Of a DNA stretch of 64,000 bases, positions 51,427-60,085 are shown piece after piece. The DNA lies in contig JAXHMG010000003.1 of assembly GCA_034521595.1 (NCBI GenBank), forward strand, positions 928,001 through 992,000, written 5' to 3'. Numbering within the stretch: the first letter of the stretch is position 1; each line of letters opens with the position of its first letter. Both the position numbers and the translations under genes were made by a program. The notes below the pieces were generated by a model. It was given only the letters and a program-made list of their open reading frames with translations, ran no database searches and had not been told where the DNA came from. The DNA is from Gemmatimonadota bacterium (GTDB lineage Bacteria > Gemmatimonadota > Gemmatimonadetes > Longimicrobiales > Gaopeijiaceae).

Positions 51427-54400
51427 GTGTCCATCCCGGGCGTGTCGACGCGGAGGCCGGTCGCGGTCTGGATGCTCTTCCTCGCGATCGTCCTGCTCGG
51501 CGCGATCTCGTACGTGCGGCTGCCGATCGACCTCCTGCCGGACGTGAGCTACCCGCGGTTGGTGGTCTATACGCTCTACCCGGAGGTCGCGCCGGCCGAG
51601 GTCGAGCGCCTCGTCACCGAGCGGGTGGAGGCGGCCGCGGCGGCGGTGCCGGGCGTGGAGAAGGTCACGTCCAGCTCGCGCTACGGCGTGAGCCTGGTGA
51701 CGCTCCGGTTCGCGTGGGGCACGGACATGGACTTCGCCATGCTCAACGTGCGCGAGCGCATGGACAACACGCGCGGCGCGTTACCCCAGAGCGCCACGCG
51801 GCCCGTGATCCTGCGCGTCGACCCCGAGTCCGAGCCGGTGATGACGCTCTCTGTCGTGGGCGGGGACGACCTCTGGGCGACCAAGGAGTTTGCGGAGACC
51901 GTCTTCCGCCGCCGCCTCGAGCAGCTCGACGGCGTCGCCCAGGCGTCGGTCGCGGGAGGGCTCGACCGCGAGATCCAGGTCGAGGTGAATCCGGATGCGG
52001 TCGACGCCTACGGGGTCACGCTCGAGGAGATCGCCACCGCGCTCGACCGGGCCAACGTCTCCGCGCCGGGCGGGACGATTCTGCAGGGGCGCTACCGATA
52101 CCCGCTCCGCACGCTCGGCGAGTTCCGGACCGTCGAGGAGATCGGCGACGTGGTGGTCGCCCGCCGGGCGGTCGGGGGAGGGGGGACGGAGTCGGGCGAT
52201 GGACGGGACGAGGCCGGTGGCGGCGCGGGCGGCGAGGGTCGGGCTTCGGGCTACCAGGTCGTGCGCCTCCGCGACATCGCCCGGGTGATCGACGGGTTCG
52301 CCGAGCGGGAGGCGATCGCGCGCTACGGGGGCACGGAGTCGGTGGGCGTGCTCGTCTTCAAGGAGTCGGGGGCCAACACGGTCGGGGTGGCCGAGCGCGT
52401 CGAAGCGGTCATCGGGCAGCTCGCCACGGAGTACCCCGATTTCGAGGTCGACGTGGCGGGCGACCAGGCGGAGTTCATCGCCGCCTCCATCTCGAACGTG
52501 GTGCAGGCGCTCGTGCTCGGAGGCGTGCTCGCGTTCCTCGTGCTCTTCCTCTTCCTGCGCGACTCCCGGTATCCGTTCGCCATCGCGCTCGCCATCCCGA
52601 TCTCGGTCGTCGCGACCTTCGCGCTCATGGACGCCGCGGGCGTCAGCCTGAACATCATGAGCCTCGGTGGGCTCGCGCTCGGTGTCGGCATGTTGGTCGA
52701 CAACTCGATCATCGTGCTCGAGAACATCTTCCGGCACGGCGAGGAGCTGGGACGGGACGCCGTCGAAGCCGCCGCCGCGGGCGCCGAGGAGGTGCAGGCG
52801 GCGATCACCGCTTCGACCCTCACCACCATCTCGGTGTTCGGCCCGATCATCTACGTGGAAGGGGTCGCGGGCGAGCTCTTCGAGGACCTCTCGCTCGCGG
52901 TGGCGTTCTCGCTGCTCGCGTCGCTCCTCGTGGCGCTGACGTTGCTTCCCTCGCTCGCCGCCCGGTTCGGGGGCGTGGCCGCGGCTCGGGGACGTGAGGG
53001 TGAAGCGGGCGAGGAGGAGGCGTCCGGGGCCGCGGGCGAGGCGGCCCCGGTCGGGCGCCTGGCCCGGATGGGTCGGGTCGTGCGGGGGGTGGGGCGCGCG
53101 CCCGCGCGCCTGCTCGGCTGGCTCGGCCGCCTGGGGCGCGAGCTCGTGGCCTTCTGGGCGGCGGGGATCGCGGGGGCGCTCGGTCGCTTGTTCGGGCCGC
53201 TCCTCCGCGCGTTCGACCGGGGGTTCGACCGGTTCGCCGCCGTCTACCACGGTGTCCTGGAGTCGGCGCTCGACCGCCCGGGGCGTGTCCTGGGGATCTC
53301 GGCGGGCGCGCTCGCCCTCACCGTCGCGGTCGGGTTCATGCTGCCCCGGGATCTGCTGCCGCACGTCGATCAGGGTGCGTTCACCGTGCGGCTCGAGCTC
53401 GAGGAAGGGACGTCGCTCGAGGCCACGTCCGAGGAGGCGGCCGGCATCGAGGAGGCGGCGCTCGAGGACCCGGACGTCGACGCGGTGTTCAGCCGGGTGG
53501 GCCGCGACGCGCGCGCCTACGCCACCGGTGCGCGCGCGGTGGGGCTCCACACCGCGACCATCCAGGTGCGCGTGAGGGCGGGCGGCGACACCGAGGCGGC
53601 CGTGGAGCGGTTGCGGGATCTCGAGGCGCGCTTCCCGGAAGGCGCCCTCACGATCGAGACCGGTCAGGCCACCGCGCTCGGGGCGATGTTGGGGGGTGGC
53701 GAGGCGGACGTCGCCGTGCGGGTGCGGAGCGAGGACCTCGATCTCGCGTTCGCGCGGGCCGACGAGATCGCCGGCCTGCTCGAAGGCGTGCCGGCGCTGG
53801 GCAACGTGCGCGTGGGCACCGAGCGGGGTCAGCCCCAGCTCCAGATCGAGATCGACCGGGCCGCGTGCGCGAGCTACGGGATCGAGCCGCGGGCCGTGGC
53901 GGACCAGATCGATCGGGCCATGCGCGGCACCGTGGCCACGGAATTCGTGGATTTCGACCGGAAGATCGACGTGGTGGTCCGCTACCCGGAGGACCTCCGT
54001 TACTCGCGCGAGACGCTCGACGCGCTGCGGGTCGAGGGCGTGCCGATCCGCCAGCTCATCCGGGTGCAGGAGACCCTCTCGCCGTCCGAGGTCCGGCGGG
54101 AGGACCAGGCGCGGGTGGTGCCGGTCTACGCGGACGTGCTCCGAGGCGGCCTCGACGCGGCCGTCCAGGAGGTCGAGGCTTCGCTCGCGTCCCTTCCGGC
54201 GTCGAGCGACGTCCGGTGGGAGGTCGGAGGCGAGAACGAGGAGATGCGGCGCTCCTTCCTGGATCTGGCTTTCGCGTTCGGGCTCGCGCTCCTGCTGGTC
54301 TACATGATCCTCGCGGCCCAGTTCGAGTCGTTCGTGCACCCGCTCACCATCCTGATCGCGGTGCCGCTCGCGCTCGTCGGAGCCATCCTGGCGCTCCTCC

Positions 54401-54777
54401 TGGCCGGTGAGGGACTCAACACGATGAGCCTGATCGGCATCGTCATCCTGGTCGGTATCGTCGTGAACGACGCCATCGTGAAGGTCGACTTCATCCGCCA
54501 GGGTCGGGAGCGGGGCGAGGCGCTCCGGCACGCGATCGTCGAGGCGGGACGGGTCCGGCTGCGGCCCATCGTCATGACGACGGCCACGACCGTGCTGGGG
54601 CTGGTTCCGATGGCGCTCGGGATCGGTCGGGGCGCCGACCTGCGCGCACCGCTCGCGGTGGCCGTCATCGGCGGGCTCCTGGTGGCGACCGCGCTCACGC
54701 TGATCGTCGTGCCGGTCGTCTACCAGACCATCGAGCGGCTCCGCCTGGGCGTGAAGGCGCCCGGAGCGTCGCCATGA
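51427..54777 (+). CDS. RND (AcrB/MdtB-like) permease 1
   Basis: RPVAV, LPIDLLP, GMLVDNSIIVLENI, AQFES, RLRPIVMT. Confidence 0.95.
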   Translation: MSIPGVSTRRPVAVWMLFLAIVLLGAISYVRLPIDLLPDVSYPRLVVYTLYPEVAPAEVERLVTERVEAAAAAVPGVEKVTSSSRYGVSLVTLRFAWGTDMDFAMLNVRERMDNTRGALPQSATRPVILRVDPESEPVMTLSVVGGDDLWATKEFAETVFRRRLEQLDGVAQASVAGGLDREIQVEVNPDAVDAYGVTLEEIATALDRANVSAPGGTILQGRYRYPLRTLGEFRTVEEIGDVVVARRAVGGGGTESGDGRDEAGGGAGGEGRASGYQVVRLRDIARVIDGFAEREAIARYGGTESVGVLVFKESGANTVGVAERVEAVIGQLATEYPDFEVDVAGDQAEFIAASISNVVQALVLGGVLAFLVLFLFLRDSRYPFAIALAIPISVVATFALMDAAGVSLNIMSLGGLALGVGMLVDNSIIVLENIFRHGEELGRDAVEAAAAGAEEVQAAITASTLTTISVFGPIIYVEGVAGELFEDLSLAVAFSLLASLLVALTLLPSLAARFGGVAAARGREGEAGEEEASGAAGEAAPVGRLARMGRVVRGVGRAPARLLGWLGRLGRELVAFWAAGIAGALGRLFGPLLRAFDRGFDRFAAVYHGVLESALDRPGRVLGISAGALALTVAVGFMLPRDLLPHVDQGAFTVRLELEEGTSLEATSEEAAGIEEAALEDPDVDAVFSRVGRDARAYATGARAVGLHTATIQVRVRAGGDTEAAVERLRDLEARFPEGALTIETGQATALGAMLGGGEADVAVRVRSEDLDLAFARADEIAGLLEGVPALGNVRVGTERGQPQLQIEIDRAACASYGIEPRAVADQIDRAMRGTVATEFVDFDRKIDVVVRYPEDLRYSRETLDALRVEGVPIRQLIRVQETLSPSEVRREDQARVVPVYADVLRGGLDAAVQEVEASLASLPASSDVRWEVGGENEEMRRSFLDLAFAFGLALLLVYMILAAQFESFVHPLTILIAVPLALVGAILALLLAGEGLNTMSLIGIVILVGIVVNDAIVKVDFIRQGRERGEALRHAIVEAGRVRLRPIVMTTATTVLGLVPMALGIGRGADLRAPLAVAVIGGLLVATALTLIVVPVVYQTIERLRLGVKAPGASP

Positions 54778-57700
54778 TCCGGCAGAGCCTGCGCCGCCCG
54801 GTCGCGATCACCATGCTCTACGGGGCCGTGGCGCTCCTCGGCATCGCGGCGTGGCGCAACGTCCCGATCGAGATCCTTCCGGACACGGAGCTCCCGCAGC
54901 TCACCGTGACGGCGAGTTGGCCGGGGGCTTCGCCCGAGACGCTGGAGGCGTTCCTCACCGCGCCCCTCGAAGGCGCGATCCAACAGGTCCGGGGCGTCGA
55001 GCGCATCGTGTCGACCTCCTCGGAGCAGGACGGGAGGGGCATGGCCGAGATCCAGGTCGAGTTCGAGCGGGACATCGACATGGACTTCGCGCGGCTCGAC
55101 CTCTCGGAGCGCCTCGCGACCCTCGAGGAGTCGCTGCCTGCCGGAGCGGACCCGGTCCAGGTCGAGCAGTACGTGCCCGAGGAGTTCGAGGAGCAGAGCC
55201 GCCCGTTCCTCCAGTACACGTTCACCGGGCCCTATACGCTCGAGGCGCTCCGCCAGCATCTCGACGACGTCGTGGCCCCCGAGCTCGGGCAGGTCGACGG
55301 GGTCGCCCTCGTGAGCGTGTTCGGGGGCCGGGAGCGGCGTCTCGAGATCCGGCTCGACGAGGAAGCGATCGCGGCCCTCGACCTCGACGCCGCCGCGGTG
55401 CGCCAGGCCATCCTCGACCTCGACCTTGTGCGGGAGGCCGGCGTGGTGCGGGAAGGGGACTCCGAGCGCACCCTCACGATCGCGAACCGGCCACAGAACC
55501 CGGAGGACATACGGGGCGCGGTGCTCGGCGTGGCCGGTGGGACGCCGGTGCGCATCTCGGACGTGGCGACGGTGCACGACACGTACGAGGACGCCCGACG
55601 CCTCTCACGCGTCCAGGGCCGCCCCGCCGTCGGATTCCGGATCTTCAAGTCGGTCGGGGTCAACACGGTGGCGGTCGCCGATGCCGTGAAGGCCCGGATG
55701 GCCGAGCTCGAGCCGCTCGCGCCCTTCGGGGCCGACTACGTCCTGGAGTTCGACGAGAGCGAGGACATCCGTGGCCAGCTCTCCGACCTGCGCACGCGCG
55801 CGCTCGTCAGCGCCCTCGTCATCTTCCTCGTCCTCCTCGCGTTCCTGCGCTCGTTCCGCTCCGCCGGTCTCGTCTTCGCGACCATCGCGTTCAGCGTGCT
55901 CATCGCCCTGAACCTGATCTACTTCGGCGGGCTCACCCTCAACCTGCTCACACTCATGGGCCTGGCGATGGGGTTCGGCTTGATCGTGGACAACGCGATC
56001 GTCGTGCTCGAGAACATCTATCGGCGGAAGCAGCGCGGTGCGTCCGCGGCCGACGCGGCCGACCGGGGGGCGCGCGAGGTCGTCCTTCCGATCTTCGCGT
56101 CGACCGCGACCACCCTCATCGTCTTCGTGCCGTTCGTGTACCTCCAGGGCGAGGTCCGGGTCTTCTACGTGCCGCTCGCGATCGTCGTGGCGCTCACGCT
56201 CGGAGCCTCCCTCCTCGTCGCGTTCACGTTCATCCCCGCGCTCGCCGCCCGCATCCTCGGGGGCGGCCCGGACGGCGGGACCTCGTCCGGGGCGAGCCCA
56301 TCGGGGGACCCGGAGCCCGACGAAACCGCTTCGCGCCCGCCGTTCTACGCCCGCTTCTACGCGGACGTGGTCGGCTTCACGGTGCGTCACCCCGTGCCGG
56401 CCATCGTCGTCACGCTCGCCGCTTTCGCCGGCTCGTACCACCTCTTCGACCGGTACGTGAGCCGTTGGGCGATGTGGGGCGGGGGTTGGGGCGCCGAGAC
56501 CTACATCAGCGTGAACATCGAGCTCCCGAGGGGATCGAACCTCGAACGCACCGACCAGCTCGTCCGGTACTTCGAGGAACGGGTGGGCGCGATGCCCGAG
56601 GTCGAGCGCTACAGCGCGCAGATCCGGCCCAACCAGGCGTCCATGGAGATCACCTTTCCGGACTCGCTCGAGAGCACCTCGGTTCCGGTCGTGATCAAGG
56701 AGCAGATGGTCGCGTTCAGCCACACCTTCACCGGCGCGGACGTGCGCGTGTACGGGTACGGGCCCTCGTTCTACGGCGGGGGGGGAAGCCCGCCGAACTA
56801 CGGCATCCAGGTGCTCGGCTACAACTACGAGCGCGTGCGGGACATCGCCGAGGACATCGGCACCCGGCTCACGCGGCTGAGCCGCGTGGTGGAGGTCGAT
56901 ACCAACGCGTCGTCCAACCGCTTCGTGCGGGACCGGGCCTCGGAGTTCACGCTCGAGGTCGACCGGGACCGGCTCGCGCAGCACGCCCTCACGGTGGAGG
57001 AGCTCGTGGACGGGATCGGCGCGGCGGTGGCCGGCAACTCGCGCCTGAGCTACCTGAAGCTCGGCGGCGACGAGGTCCAGATCCAGGTCAAGCTCGAGCG
57101 CAATCAGGATCTCGACGTCGTGGCGCTGCGGGAGACGCTGATCCCCACCCCTTCCGGACGGCGCATCCGGCTCGGCGACGTGATCCGGGTCCAGCAACGG
57201 GAGGTGCTCGCCCAGATCCGCAGGGAGAACCAGCAGTACGAGCGCACGGTCGCCTACGAGTTCCGGGGGCCGACGCGGCTGGGGGACGTCGTCCACGAAG
57301 CGGTGATCGGCGGGACGGACGTGCCGCCGGGCTACACGGTCCAGGCGGGCCAGAACAACTGGTTCGTGAGCCAGGAGGACCGGGAGCAGATCTGGATGGT
57401 GCTCGCCGTGGCGCTCCTTCTCGTCTATATGGTGACGGCCGCGCTCTTCGAGTCGCTCCTGCGCCCCTTCTCGGTGATCCTCACCGTGCCGATGGCGCTG
57501 ATCGGGGTCTATCTGATCTTCTTCTATACCGGTGCGTCTTTCACGCGTGAAGCCTACATCGGCGTCATCATGATGTTGGGGGTGGTCGTCAACAACGCGA
57601 TCCTCCTCGTCGACCACGTGAACCGGGTGCGTGCCGAGGCACCGGAGCTCTCGTTGGAGGACGCGATCGTGCGGGGGACGGTCGAACGGGTCCGGCCCAT

Positions 57701-57965
57701 CCTGATGACCACCATCACCACCGTGCTCGGGCTCTTGCCGCTGGTGGTCTTCGGGAACGCGGCCGGGTCGAACATCTGGGACGCGCTCGCGCTCGTCCTG
57801 ATCGGCGGGCTGCTCTCATCGACGATCTTCGTGCTGACGATCACGCCGGCGGTGTACCGGCTGCTCGAACGCCTCCGTCCCGCGGGCGCGCCCGTGATGC
57901 CGGGGATCCCCGTCGGCGCGCGCGGTGGGGCATGGACCCCCGCGAGCGCGCCCGAGGTATCATAG
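54774..57965 (+). CDS. RND permease 2 (possible heteromeric partner)
   Basis: RPVAI, GLIVDNAIVVLENI, LFES, VNNAILLVD, RVRPILMT; ATGA overlap. Confidence 0.95.
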   Translation: MIRQSLRRPVAITMLYGAVALLGIAAWRNVPIEILPDTELPQLTVTASWPGASPETLEAFLTAPLEGAIQQVRGVERIVSTSSEQDGRGMAEIQVEFERDIDMDFARLDLSERLATLEESLPAGADPVQVEQYVPEEFEEQSRPFLQYTFTGPYTLEALRQHLDDVVAPELGQVDGVALVSVFGGRERRLEIRLDEEAIAALDLDAAAVRQAILDLDLVREAGVVREGDSERTLTIANRPQNPEDIRGAVLGVAGGTPVRISDVATVHDTYEDARRLSRVQGRPAVGFRIFKSVGVNTVAVADAVKARMAELEPLAPFGADYVLEFDESEDIRGQLSDLRTRALVSALVIFLVLLAFLRSFRSAGLVFATIAFSVLIALNLIYFGGLTLNLLTLMGLAMGFGLIVDNAIVVLENIYRRKQRGASAADAADRGAREVVLPIFASTATTLIVFVPFVYLQGEVRVFYVPLAIVVALTLGASLLVAFTFIPALAARILGGGPDGGTSSGASPSGDPEPDETASRPPFYARFYADVVGFTVRHPVPAIVVTLAAFAGSYHLFDRYVSRWAMWGGGWGAETYISVNIELPRGSNLERTDQLVRYFEERVGAMPEVERYSAQIRPNQASMEITFPDSLESTSVPVVIKEQMVAFSHTFTGADVRVYGYGPSFYGGGGSPPNYGIQVLGYNYERVRDIAEDIGTRLTRLSRVVEVDTNASSNRFVRDRASEFTLEVDRDRLAQHALTVEELVDGIGAAVAGNSRLSYLKLGGDEVQIQVKLERNQDLDVVALRETLIPTPSGRRIRLGDVIRVQQREVLAQIRRENQQYERTVAYEFRGPTRLGDVVHEAVIGGTDVPPGYTVQAGQNNWFVSQEDREQIWMVLAVALLLVYMVTAALFESLLRPFSVILTVPMALIGVYLIFFYTGASFTREAYIGVIMMLGVVVNNAILLVDHVNRVRAEAPELSLEDAIVRGTVERVRPILMTTITTVLGLLPLVVFGNAAGSNIWDALALVLIGGLLSSTIFVLTITPAVYRLLERLRPAGAPVMPGIPVGARGGAWTPASAPEVS

Positions 57966-57967
57966 GT

Positions 57968-58735
57968 ATGAACGATCTGATTCGAGGCGTGCGGATCGCG
58001 TCCGCCGCGGTAGTGGTCGGGGCCTCCGTGCTGGCGCTGGGGCCGGCGTCCGCGACCGCCCAGATGGGTGGTCAGGGCTTCGTGTTCCAGCACCCCAAGG
58101 TCTCGGTGGCCTTCCACGGGGGGTACGCCGTCCCGAGTGCGAACAGCGACCTGTTCGACCAGACGACCACCGATCTGAGGCTCGGACGCGACGATTTCCA
58201 CGCGCCCTACGTGGGCGGCGAGCTCGCCGTGTGGGTCTCGGAGCGTTGGGACGTGGCCCTCGACGTGGGCCATGCGTGGTCCACGACGCGGGCCGAGTGG
58301 GACGCCTACCTCGAGGACGGCCGGCCCATCTGGCAGGTCGTGGAGCTCGCCCGCACGCCTGTGACGGTGAGCGGGAAGTACTACCTCACGGATCGCGGCC
58401 GCACGATCGGCCGGTTCGTGTGGATTCCGGCCCGCGTGACCCCGTTCCTCGGCGGAGGCTTGGGCTTCATGCGCTACCGCTTTGCCCAGGACGGGGACTT
58501 CGTCGTCGAGGAGACGCTCGAGATCTTCACGGATCGAATCGAGCAGGTCGGCACGGCGTTCACCGCGCACGGGTTCGCCGGTGCGGACGTCCATCTGGCC
58601 AAGGCGCTGTATCTGAGCACGAAGGTGCGGTACATGTGGGCCAGGGACGGATTGGACCGGTCGTTGTATAACGAGTTCGAGCCCGTGGACCTCTCGGGTG
58701 TCCAGGTCACGCTCGGCCTCGGCGTTCGGTTCTGA
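57968..58735 (+). CDS. Outer-membrane beta-barrel protein
   Basis: Signal peptide ending ATA-Q, PFLGGGLG, C-terminal LGLGVRF. Confidence 0.8.
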   Translation: MNDLIRGVRIASAAVVVGASVLALGPASATAQMGGQGFVFQHPKVSVAFHGGYAVPSANSDLFDQTTTDLRLGRDDFHAPYVGGELAVWVSERWDVALDVGHAWSTTRAEWDAYLEDGRPIWQVVELARTPVTVSGKYYLTDRGRTIGRFVWIPARVTPFLGGGLGFMRYRFAQDGDFVVEETLEIFTDRIEQVGTAFTAHGFAGADVHLAKALYLSTKVRYMWARDGLDRSLYNEFEPVDLSGVQVTLGLGVRF

Positions 58736-58748
58736 GGTGACATCTACG

Positions 58749-60032
58749 ATGGAGGACGACATGGCGAGGGGCGAAGGAAGCAGACCACTCGGGACGCCGA
58801 AGCGTGGGCACGCGACATCGGTGGGCGCGCTCGCGACGCTGATGGGCACCGCCCTGGTCCTCCCCATGGGCGCGACCGCCCAGGACGTACCGACCGCCGA
58901 ACGGGAGGCGGGACTCGACGACCCGCGCTGGACCGCGTTCGTCGGCTGCTGGGAGCCGACGGCGGGCGACCGCGAGGACGAAGCCGGGCTTCTGTGCGTG
59001 CGCCCGGCCGGTGAGGGCGTGGAGATGTTCACGATCCAGGACGGGGCGGTCCGCACCAGCGACCTTCTGGTGGGCGACGGCGAGCCGCGTGAGATCCGCG
59101 CCGAAGGGTGCGAAGGTTGGGAGGCGGTGTCCTTCTCCGACGACGGACGCCGTGCCTTCACCGAGACCGCGTACACGTGCGACGGGATCGAGCAGTCGGG
59201 GACGGGGGTGCTCGCCCTCGTCTCGCCGACCGAATGGGTCGACGTGCGGGCGCTCGAGGTGGACGGGGAGCAGACCTCCTGGGTGCAGCGTTACCGGCTG
59301 GTGGGTGTCGACCGCGCCGCGGCCGAGGGGGTGGACGCCCCGGGCTTCGGGATGGAGACGGCCGCGCGGACCGCTCGGTTCGTCGGCCATCGCGGCGTGG
59401 GGTTCGTCGAGGTCGAAGAGGCGGCCGAACGGGTCGATGCCGAAGCGGTTGAGGGGTGGTTGGCCAGTCGCCGAGAAGGGTTCTCCCCCACGGCCGAGGA
59501 CCTCGAAGGCCTCGCCGACGCCGGGGTCCCCGAATCGGTCATCGACGTTGTGGTCGCGAAGTCCTTCCCGGAGCGGTTCTCCGTCGACGCCGAAGGCGCG
59601 GCCGACCGCGCGAGTCGCGCTCGCGATGGAGCGCGGGCCTCGGGCGCAAGGCGCCCCGTCCGGTACGGGCCGCGCGTGCCGTTCAGGATGCGGGGGCTCG
59701 GATACGGATTCGGGTACGTTCCCGTGGGCCCCTACTTCTACGGCGCTCGCTCGGGCTACGGCTACGGGTATTCGGACGCGTGGCGATACCGTCCCGGCAC
59801 GGTGATCATCGAGCGACGCGAGCCCGAGCCGCGCGGACGGATCATCCGGGGCAGGGGCTACACCCGCCCGTCGGGTGACGAAGGGCGCTCGGCGACGCCG
59901 AGAAGCGGAAGCAGCGGCCAGGACCGGCCGCAGGCCGCGCCGGACCGGCGGTCCGGTGGCGACGCGGACACGGACCGGGACGACCCACCGCGCCGAAGGG
60001 CCGAGCCCCGGCCACCCGGCGGCGGGGGCTGA
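58749..60032 (+). CDS. Hypothetical secreted protein with Tyr/Gly-rich and Arg/Pro-rich tail
   Basis: GAGGT RBS; signal peptide ending ATA-Q; four Cys; low-complexity C-terminus. Confidence 0.7.
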   Translation: MEDDMARGEGSRPLGTPKRGHATSVGALATLMGTALVLPMGATAQDVPTAEREAGLDDPRWTAFVGCWEPTAGDREDEAGLLCVRPAGEGVEMFTIQDGAVRTSDLLVGDGEPREIRAEGCEGWEAVSFSDDGRRAFTETAYTCDGIEQSGTGVLALVSPTEWVDVRALEVDGEQTSWVQRYRLVGVDRAAAEGVDAPGFGMETAARTARFVGHRGVGFVEVEEAAERVDAEAVEGWLASRREGFSPTAEDLEGLADAGVPESVIDVVVAKSFPERFSVDAEGAADRASRARDGARASGARRPVRYGPRVPFRMRGLGYGFGYVPVGPYFYGARSGYGYGYSDAWRYRPGTVIIERREPEPRGRIIRGRGYTRPSGDEGRSATPRSGSSGQDRPQAAPDRRSGGDADTDRDDPPRRRAEPRPPGGGG

Positions 60033-60085
60033 GCGGGAAGAAACACGCTCCACTCCGTCCAGGCCATGTGCTACCTTTCCCGGCT

